From Vicugna vicugna (Eukaryota), in NCBI GenBank assembly GCA_013265495.1, contig MU058287.1, positions 186,001 through 250,000 on the forward strand: DNA of 64,000 bases. The letters run 5' to 3'. Shown piece after piece: positions 1 to 13,530 of this stretch. Below the pieces are notes generated by a model, which saw nothing but the letters and a program-made list of their open reading frames with translations, was not told where the DNA came from and made no database searches. The position numbers and the translations under genes are program-made. How positions within the stretch are numbered: position 1 is the first letter of the stretch; each line of letters begins with the position of its first letter.

Positions 1-292
1 ACCAAATAGAATGCCTCCCATGTCTACTTATACAGTCCTCTTGTGTTTTTCTGCTGTTTGTATTCCCATAGTTGCAAATAAAAAGTATATTTTTAGTTTT
101 AGAATTTTCCTTTCCATTAAAAAAAAATCCCCAAAGATTTGTGGCACCACTGTTATTTCTGTTAATGTCATTGCTTCCATAGCAGCAAGCTAAGATTTTT
201 GTAAGAAACTATGTTTACAAAAAAGCAATTATCTAAGTGCGCACTATAGTTACATGTAACAAAGTTTCAATTTAGATTTCCTGTAACTGTTA

Positions 293-312
293 CAACACAC
301 ACACACACACAC
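293..312. repeat. (CA)n microsatellite
   Basis: Visible run caacacacacacacacacac. Confidence 0.9.
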
Positions 313-2072
313 CCTTTCAAATTTGTGTTATAAAACACAGTATAATTGACTAGATCCTCCTGTTCATAGAATTGATGTATGACTTGTTCTCTGAGTTCCT
401 GTAGAAGAATGAAAGGTCAGGAAACTCAACATTCTGAGCCATAGAAAGTGGATTCTTTCCTGCTCTCAATTCCAAATGAGAGTAGAATGTAAAATAAATG
501 AATTTGTATGGATATTTTGTCATTAGGGTGGATTTAAGGAAAATAAAAAATAGAGAGAAAACACGATCAATTCCATGTTTCTCACAGCTCATTTTGCCAA
601 GCATCACAAACCTCACATATCTGTTTTGCCTAGAAGGTTTTTTTTCTCTCAGAATTTCGGTTGGTAGAATCACTTCTTCAATTTAGAATATTCCAGAGTT
701 GCTTTACCATCTTCTAGGTCAGAGATTTCAGTAACTGTTCTATAGAGAAAGAAAAATGTCTGTATGAATGGTCATTTCTAATTAGCTCTAAGTGGGTATA
801 AAATGAGCCAAGAATGACATTTAGAGCAAGCATGCTAAGAAACACCCTGCTGAGTTTTTATCTTCATTTGAGTCAGCTTGGCCTTCTCAAATGTCTGAAT
901 GTGGCTTGGCGTTACCCATTTTATCTGAAAAACGAATTCCAAAATTTCCTGATAGACACGGCCTCTGTTCAGTTCTGCAGGTAAAAGCTAGCTGGGAAGT
1001 AAAATTAATATTTTTCAGCAGCATTTTCAAGCTATGCTTTTGACTGAACTAACTCATAGCAACTGTTGGCTGCAGAACGCTAGCCATTGTGCAGAAGTGT
1101 GAGCAGAATGAGAGCGATGGGCCACTTCCTCCCTTCCTGCTGAGAGCTTACAGTTGCACGGAGAACACAGCCGTGGACCAGAGTGAGATAGATGGATACG
1201 AGTCAAAGAAGCAAAGGGACACGTGTGCAGCCAACTGTCTTATCTAATCAGGGGGCAGGAAGGGCCACTGATGCTTGGTCTTGTTAGAGTGTCAACGCTT
1301 AATTCTTAGGAGACGTTTTGAGGAATGGAAGGCTATAATTTAGCAAGGAGGGAGAACTGCGTGCTTTGGATACATCCAGAAAAAAAAAAAAAAAAGAGAA
1401 AAGAGTGGCATCATAAAATCAAGCAACACTGCAGAAATTAAAAATTTAAGTCACCATATTTATGCTGCATAAAAGCAACCTCATAAAACTGCCTCATCTC
1501 ACAGTCGCCCCTCAAACGTCTTTCTAAATCATCTTAGATATTTCCCCCAGCTATTCTAAAATTCAGTTTCCTTATCTGGAGTAAATTCTCCTAGGATCCT
1601 TTAAAAAACAAAAAACAATGAAAAAAAAACCCTCTACTTTATAATTCAGAAAAATTGCTGCAACCAACAGAAATCAAGGTGGTGGAGCTGCAGGGAGCTG
1701 CAGGAAGAAAGCCTGCTGGGAGGAGGGCAAGGAGGACTGCATGAGGGGTCCCATGCCAGTGACACCGCAGGGGCCAGCCCCGAAGGAGAAGCGAGAGAAG
1801 AGCAGAGGGGCTTCTCCTTCAGAGCCCACTGTGGCAGGGCCCCTGAGCCTCTCTGCATTGGGATAACTTTAGGTTAAGCTGGAAGGTTAGCTGAAACCAC
1901 CCACCCATCACCAATTCTACCATAAAGAACACACATCTCTTGTTGTGGCCGTTTAACAAGAGGCAAATATATATCGTTCTGACCCGTTCACTAAGTATTG
2001 AATTTATCAAACATATCTTCTATGTAGGTATAGAAGAGGCTACTAAAATTTTAGTTTTCCCTTATTTATTAT

Positions 2073-2898
2073 TGTGGTATTCAGACTAATGGCCTCCAAA
2101 ATGTCTATGCCCAAATCCCTGAAACCTGTGTATATGTTATGTTACCTGGCAGAGGGGGGACTCGAGATTGTAGATGGAGTGAAGATGGCTAATCCGCTGA
2201 TTTAAAGAGAAAGAGATTGTCCTAGATGATCCAGGTGGATGCAAGGGTCCTTTAAATGTGGAAGAGGGAGGCAGAAGAGTCAGTGTCAGAGAGAGAGGTG
2301 ATTTAAGAAAGGCTTAGAAGGGCCTACTGTAGAGCACAGGGACTATATTCAATACCTTGTAATGACCTATAATGAAAAAGAATACGAAAAGGAATATATA
2401 TATAACTAAATCACTATGCTGTGCACCAGAATTAGCACAACATTGTAAATTGACTAGACTTCAATTTAAGAAAAAAGAAAGAAAAGAAATGGCCAAACTA
2501 AAAAGATTGACAATGTATTGTGAAGGGTATAAAAGCAACTGAAATTTTCACAAATTGCTATAAAATTTGTGAGTGTAGAGAACTGCTTGGAAGTTTATTA
2601 AAAAGATGAACATTAAAAAAGAAAAAGAAAAAAAGACTTAATCGGCCATTGCTGGCTCTGAAAATGGAGGAAGGTACCACCAGCCAAGGAATGTGGATGC
2701 CCTCTTGATGCTGGAAAAGGCAGGAAAATAGATTCTGTCCTGGAGCCTTCAGAAGGACAGCAGCCCTGACGACATCTAGATATTAGCCCATTGAGACCCG
2801 TGTCAGGCTTCTGACCTCCAGAACTGTGCAATAATACTTTGTGTTATTTTAAACCACCAAGTTTGTGATTTGTTATAGCAGGCACAGAAACTAATGCA
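2073..2898 (+). mobile_element. MaLR solo LTR (MLT1D-like), interrupted by an L1 insertion at ~2317-2628
   Basis: TG...CA ends; MLT1 motifs 'atccctgaaacctgtgtatatgtta', 'gccattgctggctctgaaaatggagg', 'ttctgacctccagaactgt', 'ttgttatagcaggcacagaaactaatgca'. Confidence 0.85.
2317..2628 (+). mobile_element. 5'-truncated L1 3' end with appended extra sequence and a second A-tail
   Basis: L1 3'UTR 'cctactgtagagcacagggactatattcaatacc...cttcaattt'; A-rich tails at ~2468-2488 and ~2615-2634; flanking repeat aagaaaggctta/aaaaaagactta. Confidence 0.85.
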
Positions 2899-4410
2899 GT
2901 CATGCTCTTAGTTTCCTTTACATAATGTCAGAAATTATCTTGTTCATTTGTCTCTTTATTGTCTCACAATCTCCCTTCACGCTCAAGAATGCCCCCTCCA
3001 GGAGGGCAGGACCTCACCTGTGTGTTCACTGCTTTGCCCAGGAGCTGGGAGCAGAGCTTGGAATACACTGGGACTCAGTAAATGCTCCCTGCATTTCAAA
3101 TGAATAATTGTACACATGAAAGAATGATGAAAAATCGTGCCTCCTTCCAGAGCTTCTGCAAGATACACACATAGGAAATAATCAACTGAAAATGAAGAGT
3201 AGTGAGGGATCAGAGACCTGAAGGGAGGGTAGATGTAAAGGGCAGAAAATATCAATTACAAACCAATTAAGATTTCATTCCTCTGTGTGCTTGAAAGCAT
3301 CCAAAGACACAGAAGCATCTAAGACTATAGAAAGAAGTGGCATTTCCACAGGAAGAAGGCTAGTAGTGTTCAACCACAAAAACCTGTTAAAGTCCCTTTT
3401 GAGGTTGACTTATCATCGTGCCGTAAATCAGTTTCTATCAGGAGACAATAAAAAATGAAATTAACCTATCACAATAAATATAGTAAGGAAACTGGACATA
3501 GCAGAGAAAGCGAGGAGAACATTTATTGTGAAGTAAAATCAATAAGGCAAATATGTACATCCTGCTAAAGCTTTCAGTGCTTTTGCCTGTAAAAACTAAC
3601 AAACTGCTTTCCACATCTGTTACACAACCAAGAAGAAAACTCTTAAATTTCAAAGTTCCCACGAAGTAAAAGCCAAGGTTTTTTATGTGTTTTATTTCTT
3701 TCTTCATTTTCTTCATTGGTGTTTGGTAGGCAGACTTTTAGCCCTATCTTTTTTGCTTTGTGATGCTTCACCCATCAACAAATATTAATTAAGAGCTCTA
3801 CATATATTAATATTATTTCCTTCTACTTATCTCTGTTTTTGCATATGAAGAAATGAGTCTTTGTGAAAGCTGTAGCTTGTCTCAGGTCACACAGTGAGTT
3901 GGTAGCGGAGTGTGGATTTCAGCCACGCAGTGTGGTTCCAGCATCCACATTGTAGCCTCCCCCATCCCACCCCCGACACCAGACACTGGGCTGGGTCCTG
4001 GGACAGACGGGAAGCACATCAGACCCAGTCCCTGGCCTCAAGGAGGCTTTCACTCTAGTGGGAGAGGATGTCCCAAATAAGGGATGACACAGATGCTCAT
4101 GATGACTGGGACCATGAAGGAGACACAGCACAGGAAGCTGAGATGTGAGCACCAGAGTGGACTAACCCAGGTCCGGGAGTACCAGAGGCCGGTCACGTGG
4201 CCCATCTCCTAGCTGTACTCTGTACCAAGAGCAAATGTATATTCCTGTGTGAACGTGTCTCTCAAAGTGCCTCGTGTGCAAACATTAGATGAGGTGAAGG
4301 ATGATGAGATGTGATCTACATGATTTTTTAAAATTCCAACAATAAGTTAATTTCTACATTTTTTCCCTTCTTACAGTATGACACCTGCTCTGAATGTCTT
4401 TCCTATAGCC

Positions 4411-4621
4411 CAGGGTTTCTCAGCCTCAGCATTATTGAATATTTGGGCCAGATAATTCTTTGTTGTGGGGGAGAGGGTACATTGTAAGATGTTTAGTAAC
4501 ATTTCTGGTCTCCTCGCACTGTAATGACCCCTCCCCAACCCCAGATGTGACAACCAAAAATGTCTCCAGACATTGCTGAATGTCTCCTGGAAAGCAAAAT
4601 TGCCCTGGATGAGAAGAACTG
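4411..4621. mobile_element. MER20-like hAT MITE
   Basis: 'cagggtttctcagcctcagcattattgaatatttgggccagataattctttgttgt...aaaatgtctccagacattgc...gagaagaactg' resembles MER20. Confidence 0.85.
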
Positions 4622-6349
4622 GTACCCATCTCTCCAACAATTCAGATTCCATCCATCCCTGAAGACCAACTATATGGTGTAATGCTTCTAACAGTTCCTC
4701 TCCATCCTCTCTTCTCAGTAACCCTGCACAGTCTTAGAAGCTGTGTTCAGCCATCCCCCAGCCTCTCCACCTGCTGCCTTAGGACAGGAAGGAGCACATC
4801 ACGGAAGAAAGTCAGTCTGCACTCAGCTCCCCACTGTTCTGCTCCAGGCTTGATTTTGGGTTTCTGCCTCACTCTGCCCCAGTGCCTCTCCCCTCTGCAT
4901 CCCTGAGCTCTGAAGGTGTTGGGTTTAGGGGCTTAAGAGCAGAGGAAAAGAGGAAGACTGAGCCTAACAAAGCAAATGGAAGGGAAGAAAGAAAGGTCAT
5001 GGTGGAAGGCACCGTTCTAGTGTTAGAGACTGGTTGAGGGCATGGACATAAACAGGGTCTGAGGAAATTCTGAAAGACGGCATCCAGACACGTTTTGAGC
5101 CAGGGACCGACAGGATAATGAATTCTGATCTGTTGCTGAGAATGTAGAAGAGCTTTGATTCTGTGTGCCTTGGACAAGAGGTCCCTTGAATTTAGCTCCC
5201 ATTTGAACTAAACTTAAAGGCTCCCTACTGTGAAGCACCAGTATGGAAAGCAGTCAAAGAATAGAAATCAAAGTGAATTTTAAAAGGCATATATGCCCAG
5301 TGTAACATCTGGTCTCCTAAGACAGCAGCTCAAGGAAGCAGAAACTTTGCTTTTAAACCAAGAAAAGCAGACTTAATCTATAAAGCATAGGCTTCATGTG
5401 GGGGATGTGACCCAGGGCAGGGGTCGGGGGAGGAACCCTGAAGCAGCCATCTCCGGATCAACTTCTTAAAAACCATTATGATTCTAAGTCTTAACAAGTA
5501 GCAAAACAGACCCCTAATAACCCCTCTGGATTATTCTATGCCCCTGAAGTTGTCCCAGAGCTTAGATTTTTTTTTTTTTGCAATGAAACTACAGCAAAGG
5601 TAGATTGTTTTTTAATGTGGTCAATATTCTACTGCAATATCATTTTAAATATAATTGTATGTGTCTACCTACATTGTGGCTTTATTTTATTAGTTACTCT
5701 ACAAACAGTTATTATGGGCTATCAAATGCCAATTACTGTGCCTGGAGATATAAAGATAAATAAATACCCTGTTGCTGACTTCAAGGATCTTATTGTCTAG
5801 TGGAGAAAAAGACAAGGAAACCAACCATCACAGTGCAGGTTTTTAAGTGTCTTGATGGGCTGTGAGATAATGTAATAAATAAGAGATAGCTTCCAACTCA
5901 AACATGGAGGGCAGGGGATGAGGACAGGTATCAGGAAAGTTCTTTCTGAGAAGACAAAAATCTGCGAGAACAATTTAAAAAAATAAAAACATTATTTAAT
6001 TTATTCTAGTCTTTAAACAAGTGTAAAGAATTCTTACAGTTCCCCACATAAATGATGAAAGACTAGAATCAAATACAAAGTTAGAATCACAGGGAACAGA
6101 TCTTTCATGAGTGTTTGAATAATTTCCACTGAACAAAGAATAATAAAATATATGGTTGATTTTTCCTATTAAGAGAATTTGCCAAAACCTAAGGAAATAC
6201 TCCTGATATCTTGCCTCATAAAGTAACTAAAGGGAAATGCCTCCATGTTTTCCTGTGTTTAGTGCCACTAAGATATGTCCCTGCCAAGCCATGCAAATAG
6301 TACTGCCTGGACTGGATTGAGGGGTGAAGTGAGGCTAGATCGCTTGTTG

Positions 6350-6525
6350 CTCTCAACATGCAGTAAAAAGAGCACCGGACTTGGGATCAGAAACCCTTAA
6401 TGTGAGCCCTACTCTGTCCCTTGACAGCTGTGAGATTTAGAAAAGCCACTTAACTTTCTGAGCCTCAGTTACCTCAACTGTAAGGTGGGGTTTCACAGGA
6501 TGGCTGTGAGAATTAAATGAAATAT
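6350..6525. mobile_element. MIR SINE (one representative of many MIR fragments in the window)
   Basis: MIR core 'ccacttaactttctgagcctcagttacctcaactgtaagg...gtgagaattaaatga'. Confidence 0.75.
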
Positions 6526-7235
6526 AGGTTATTTTTATCCATTGTATCTTTTTATTACTTAGCTTTTGGGTGAATGGATCTTCTCCTGAAATAATACAAG
6601 ATTATATTTTAACGTTAGCACAATTGCAAGATATGTAAATGGAAGCTTTCTGCTATCTTCCCACCTCTTCACCCCACCCTGATCTATCCTCTCTATGACC
6701 AGAATGATCTTTATGAAACAGATTGATCAGGTCACTCTCCCAAGTGATACCCTTCAGTGCCTATTCATCACTGTCCAGAGGAAACCCACCTTGGTGCCAA
6801 GGTCCCTTCTGTTCTAGAAGTGATGGGTGCCCACCTCCCTGGCTGATCTCTTGTGCCCCCTGCCCCCCCAGCACACCTTGTGCTCAGCCAGATTATCCAT
6901 GCTCATTCCCTCTCTCTTGCTCTTCCATGTCTTTGCACACGCTGCTCCCTCTTATTGGAATGCCCTTGCTCCCACTTCTTCACCCAACATATTCCTTCCA
7001 ACTAGTTCTTCAATATTCAGCTCAAGTCTTCAGACCTTCCTATATGCTTTCCATGATGTGCCAATATCTACCTTCCCAGGAAATTTCTCTCCCTGAAAGG
7101 CCACTGTCCATGAGCTTGTCTGTCTCCCTTGTTGACTTGGACTTTTTGAAGGCAGGGACTGGGGGTCATCACAGCATGCCTGGAACATTGTGGGTCCTCA
7201 GTAAGCCTCACTGAATGAATGAATTGATCAATCAC

Positions 7236-7615
7236 TATGATGGACTAAATGGTTGTGTCCCCCCCACACACAATTTCATGTGCTGAAAGTGTAACCCTCA
7301 AAGGTAATGGGATTAGGAGACGGGACCCTTGGAAGATGAGTAGGTCATGAGGATGGAGCCCTCATGAATAGGGTTAGTGTCCTTATAAAAGGGACCCCAG
7401 ACTGCTCTCTCATTCCCTTTCTGTCACATGAAAACCCAGTGAGAAGTCTGTCTGTGAACCAGGAACAGGGTTCTCAATAGACATTAAATCTTGCCAGCAC
7501 CTTGATCTTGGACTTTACAGCCTCCAGAACTATGGGAAATAAACGTTTGTTGTTTAAGTCACCTAGTCTAAAATAGTTCTGTTGTTTTTGTTACAGCAGC
7601 CCAAATGGGCTGATA
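7236..7615 (+). mobile_element. MaLR solo LTR (MLT1A-like)
   Basis: 'gtcatgaggatggagccctcatgaatagggttagtgtccttataaaaggg', 'gccagcaccttgatcttggactttacagcctccagaactatgggaaataaa'. Confidence 0.85.
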
Positions 7616-8263
7616 GTCACTGACATAACTGGCCCATATACATACCAAATGACTAAACACAAGACAAAAGAAGTAGTATTTATGATGCCAGAATACAAAG
7701 TCTTTTTTCTTCGAAACTTTCCGCCCCAAAATGGAAAAAAGCACAGGTTGCTTGTGAATCTGCTGCTCATGGTTCCACTAGACAGGGGTTTACAGCCGCG
7801 CTTTCTACACGTCTCGCTCAGTACCCACCCTCTCTTTCCTCCAAAATAAGAGGCTCATTTTCATCTGGGCACAGGGCCGCCAGAAATTAAAAACAAAAAC
7901 AAAAATGAAAACCCTTTATTTCCCAGTCCCCTTTTCAGCTAGATAGGACAGGTGGCTAGGTTCTGACAAATAAAATGTAAGTGGAAGTGTTTTGTGCAAC
8001 TTCCAGGAAGGCCACTTAGTAAGAGCTGACTCATCAGGGAGGGCTCTCCCTTTACCTTCTGCTTGTCCTCTTTTTTGGTTGGAATATTAGAAATGGTAAC
8101 AAGAGTCTCAGAAGCTATTGGGACCATGAGGTGCCCTTGACGATGGAAGTTAAGATGCCAAGGCAGAAAGACAGAAGGAGTCTGTTCTCTGATGATTAAT
8201 TCTCCTGTGCCACTGGCCTCTGGACTTCTTTAGATGAGAGAGAAGTTAACTGACACTCTCAGG

Positions 8264-8486
8264 CAGTGGTTAGCACACTTTTTCTGTAAAGGGCCAGACA
8301 GTAAGTGTTCTCAGCTTTGTAGGCCATATAAGCTGCATCACAACTGCTGGGCTCTGCTGTCGGAGTACCAGGGCAGCCGTAGACAACACATGAACAGGTG
8401 AGGGACTATGTTCAAATAAAATTGTAATTTACACAAGTAGGTGGCAGGGCAGATTGAATCCATGGGCATGAGCTTGCTAACCCCTG
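8264..8486. mobile_element. MER58A-like hAT MITE, nested in an older LTR-like element (~7720-8550)
   Basis: Terminal inverted repeats cagtggttagca / tgctaacccctg; 'tttttctgtaaagggccagacagtaagtg'; degenerate 8-bp TSD ctctcagg/ttctaagg. Confidence 0.85.
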
Positions 8487-11400
8487 TTCTAAGGCACTGA
8501 GATGTCAAGTCTTTCTGATACATGTAGCCAAATCGAGTCCTAACTAACACGTCCTGTTGGGTGATAAGAACCTTTTGATTTGGAAGCGAGAAATTGTCAA
8601 GACTCTTGTTTCATATTTTTTTTTAATTTTTTTTCTTTCAGTAGACTCTTTCTCCCTTACCTTATCCTGATTGAATTATACAAAGTTCTGGCGTTGCTAT
8701 TTCCAGATCTTTTGATTATTAAGACTGACTGAATTGGACTCAGGGCTTTTCTAGGTTTCCCTGAGTTCCATTATGTTCAGTTTGGAGGATTCCAGCAGAA
8801 TATAAACATCAGGTGTGTGGACAGGGAGAATGGAGGACAAAAGACCAGGCCTGTAAGAACTGAATAAAGACTGCCATGCTGAGCGCTCCTAAGTGTGTTT
8901 GAACTACACAACAAAACCTTCAGGCTGACGGGATGACACCTTACTGTGTTCGGTTACCAGGGAGATTGTACAAGCTGAACGGATGTTTAGCAGCAGGGCA
9001 AGAGCTGGTCTCGAGGATTCTTTTGAGCAAAGACTTTGTCTGATGCTCTTAGGATATCTTGGTTTTTCTGCGTTAGCTCATCCTGTGAAAGCAGAACAAC
9101 CTATCACAGAACAGGAGTGGCAAATTGATTTCCCCTTACATGCGAACTCCAGCCGATGGGTAGCAGGTATCTGGAGTATTGAGAAGGGTTCTATGGCTGC
9201 ATTGGGTTTTAACAGAAGTGGCTTCCGCTTGCCTCCAGGTGTCTTCCCCAGGTGCGTGGGGGCGGGAGAGGAGGGCCTCAGACAGGTTCTCCCTCCTGGT
9301 AGAGACTCAAAGATCATGACAGCCGGAAGAGAGCCATGGTTTAAACCATCTCTAACCTGGTTCTTGATTTAACAGAGGGTGATATTAAAGCTCAGAAATG
9401 TAAAATAACTCATGCAGGATTACACAACTAGGTGGTGGTAAAACTGCAACTAGTAGTCAATAGCAGATTCTTTCATTGTGCAATACTACGTGTATCTAAT
9501 TGAGATCTTTTTAGTTTTCACTCACGTTTTCATAAATTTCTTTCTAACGTAGAACTTGAGTCAGCTTGTTAGAGAAACCTTGCTTGCTTCCCACGACCAC
9601 ACTAGGGCTCTTGTTCCTGGTATTATACAAGCCTGATCCTTCAGATGCCTTTTGGTCCTTTGAGCTGCTGATAGCCTTTCAAAACCTGCTTTTTGTTGTT
9701 GTTGGGCTAATGATGATTGGAGTCAGTTTCAATTGCCTGCAGTCAAGAACTATGATGATGTGGAAATTGATCCTGGGAGGGGGGTTCAGGAAACATGTTT
9801 AGGAAATAGGAAGAATTGGGAAGGATGATCTAACCTAGGTTAGGTGGGATGCAGAGAAGAAGTCAGAGTTGATGCCAGCACGCCATTCTCACAGCTCGCT
9901 GCACCCAGTGGGGAATGCAGGAATTCAGTGCACTTGTGCTCCCCTGGCATCAGCTGCTCCCGGAGGGAGGCAAGGTTTTGGATCACCGCTGTCATGAAAG
10001 AGCAGAAAGGATATGAGGGGTTCAAGGCTCCTGTGGTGAGAAGTAGAATGACAAGCTCAAAGCCAGACGTGCTTGGTTCAAAGTAAAGAAAAATCCAAGA
10101 ACTTTCAATGGCCGCGTAAAAAGAGTGTTTATTTGGCCTCAGAAGAGAGCTTTTTTTTTTTTAAACCCACAAAGTTTGATCCTGTGGGTGTTTGCATCAG
10201 TGTTAGTTGAACTGACACTGTCTTCAGGTCTCCTGGAAAGAGCCGGGCCCAAGGAACTGGAGCAGTTAATATGGGGACTCAGAATACCTGGAAACCCGTG
10301 CCCCCATGGGCATGTGTCTTACTAAAGACAGTGCTGCCCCATTGCCCCTAGGAGTTCCTTGCCTGGGGGAAGCCACTTTTCCCACCTTGGTTAGGACACC
10401 AGGACAGAATCTTCCCTGTTCTTCAGGCCCAAACCTTGGAAGCAAATCATTTCTAAGTAGCAGAATTTCATAAGCTCATGCTTCAGAGTAACTTTTGTTT
10501 ATGTGAGATTCTGAAGGCTTCCATGGGTGAGACTCGGTAAATCTCTGGTTTAGAACCCTCATAATTTTTCTACTAAAATAAAAGCTTATTGAATTAACAA
10601 ATCATTAGTACTAATAATTACTAAAGATATACAATGAAAAGCAGTTTTTAAATAAATAAAAATTCTTAAGTACACTTAGTACTTTTCTCCATTAATCTTC
10701 ATCCTTAATTCAATCACCACCTTATTTTTTTCTGTTTCTCTTCTCCTTTTTATTATTGTCCTTTATTTTAAAGGTACTGTAACCACATTAGAGAAAAATC
10801 AAGAAAAAAAATGTGATGCATTATTCCATCATTGTTACTGTTTTAGTTTATTTCCTTCTGGGCTTTTTCATTTGTTTTTTTTTCTCCTAAACATTGTGGT
10901 AAACAGAATCCTTGTGTACAGCTTTTTTAATTTAATATATCACACACATTTTAACCTCTTAAACTGGGTTTCCTCCCTAATGTTTTCATAATACTGAAAA
11001 GAGCACAGGCATTAAGCTGTGGTTATGAATCGTCGAGGGAAGGAATTCTGCTTTATTGTACCCAGCTACTTATAGGTATTCAGTTATCATTTGCTGAATT
11101 GAATTGAAACCCCTTACTCATTCTGAGTTTGCAATATTTTAAACACTTCCAACAAACACCTTTATGGATATAGCTGTTCACATATTTTTAAATTTAGGAT
11201 AGATTTCCACAAGTGGGATTACTGGTCATGTGGTCTGACCATGTTTACGGCTCAATGCGTGTTGCCAAACTGCTCTCCTTCTAGAAGGGCTGAATGGATT
11301 TATGAGGCCCCCTGCAGCACACGAGCTCACCGGTTTCACTACACCCTTGTCAGCACTCGTGCAGCAGAAGGAAGCACAGCATCTCGTTGTGGTTTTAGTG

Positions 11401-13184
11401 TGAACGTTCTCCCACTGGTGTATTTACTACCTGCATTTTCTCATTTGTGAATTCACTCTCTTTAGCAACTTGAATGAACTCTATATACAGTGAAGATGTT
11501 AGCTTATACTTACCGCTAGTGTTGTCCTCATTTGGGTTTGTTTTTTTTTTCCCATCCAGGTGTGGGATTTTTTTGCAATGCCTTTACTCTCCTTTGAAGA
11601 GAGACCTGTTAGCCTTCTTCTAAGAGTGCCTTGAGCTCTGACCATTTACAACCCTGTGTGCATGCTCCCGTCACCTGGCTTTCGCTGCCAGCGTGAACTG
11701 ACTCAAAGACAGTAACTTATCCCTCACTACTGTCAGCTCATCCAGGAAACACCTTCAGTCACCTTCTTTTCAGTCACCTGTGTACCACTATTGCTTTCCA
11801 AGGTCAAAAATAGAATAAAATATCATAGTCCCCATTGTTACTGTGTCCTCTTCCAACTCGGAACTTGCCTCCCTTTGCCCCAACTCTCCCACCCAACTTC
11901 CTGTCCTTGAAGCAGGTGTTTGGCATAAGTCTTTACAAGTCTTTGCAGACTTCTGCCTTCCTCTAAACCTGCTTCCAGTGTTTGCCCACCAGAATTTGAG
12001 TCTAAACAAAACATAAACTGTTTCCACTATCTCGGGTGTGATTCCTAAAAACTACTTACCCAGAAGGATCCTGTGTGCATTCTCAATATTTTGCAAATAG
12101 TGTCTTTTATTGTTTTCCTAAACCTCTGATGCTTTCTGACTCCTGATTCTGTTTCCTTTTACCAATTTCAGTTTTCATTTTCTCTCAAGTAGAAAAGAAC
12201 GATTCAGCTTTTTAAAAACTTTTCATAAGGTGCTGCTTTAATCCTGTTTCCTTCAAATTTTACTCCTCAGCCCTAACTGACACATCTTTGGGTTCTGAGG
12301 AAAACTCTATGAACTGCAAGACGCTGAAAACAGGTCCTGGATTGTTGTTCAAAATTAATTAAATAGAAGTGGTTCTTTCCAAAGTATCGGAACTCAAGGA
12401 TCAGAACCCAGATAAACACGTTTATTAAAGGGAATACATACTGGTGGACATAAAGTTGAACAGAAACAAATCCCATAGCCGTAAAGATCAGGATGGTGTT
12501 TTTATGTAATAATACATATGGGGAAATTATAAATCAGAAGTCGGGAGATAAGCCTCAGTCCCAGGTCACAGTGAATCAGCTAAATGATCTCTTTTTGAGG
12601 ACCAGTTTCCTTACCTTAAAAACAGTACTCAGTTGGTACTTTCAAGCCTTGGAGCTGTTTTAACGAAACAGTTCATTTTTTCAAGTGAAAAATAAATGCT
12701 TATAGAAATCGTCTGGTTTAAGTAAGGGCAGGAGGCCCAGAGTCCCATCCTCCTCACCTGCCCCAGCCTTCCCTGCCTCAGGGGAGGCTGCTCCAAGGAG
12801 CCCTCAGACCACCCCTTGTCATGATGTGATAGCCGGGACATGGACGCACCAAGTTCTTTTCCAGTCCTGAAATTCTGTCCTCTCCACTGGTTAAGAGCTG
12901 GATCATGCTTTGGCGAGGTGGGGTAGGTTAGGTTAGCAGAGTGGCATGTCCCTACGGTGAGGCCTGGGCACTTGAGGGTGTCAGAGGGTGGAGAAGTGCT
13001 GCCTCCGTCTGCCCTGGCTATATTAGGGCATCGTATGTTGTGGAATTTTTTGAATATGAATAATGTGAATGTTTCCAATGTGCCACGAACTGTAGTGCAG
13101 ATCATGCTGCGTTCTCTCCTTTAATCCTCACCACCAACCTCATTTTAAACACAGGCGTCCAGCCGGGTAGGATGGCAGGGCCTT

Positions 13185-13530
13185 TGCTGTTGTTCCCTCT
13201 GATAGAGTTTCTCAAAGCTGGTCCCATCTCTCACTTTAGGTTCCAACATGTATGTCCCCTTCTAAGAGAAGTCTTTTCTTGACTGCCCTAACTAAAGCGA
13301 TCTTGGACATCCTGTCTTACTTAGTTCATAGCATTTATTACTATCTGGGTAAATATTTAGTCCGTTTGTTAGTTTGTTATATTTATGTTTACTTGGATGT
13401 TTTCCCAAGAAAATACGAACCCCCTGAGAGTAGATGTCTTGTCTGTGTTGTTCACCACCAGCTCCTCAGCACTTAGAGAAGTGCCTGGCCCACAGTGGAT
13501 GCTTTATGAGTATCTGGTGAATGAACGAGT
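13185..13530. mobile_element. L2 3'-end fragment
   Basis: L2 tail-like 'gtctgtgttgttcaccaccagctcctcagcacttagagaagtgcctggcccacagtggatgc...tggtgaatgaa'. Confidence 0.7.

Noticed and set aside
6723..7214. 163-aa ORF
   Set aside because: Lies in L2-like decayed sequence ending in tgaatgaatgaa; non-ATG start and no recognisable domain.
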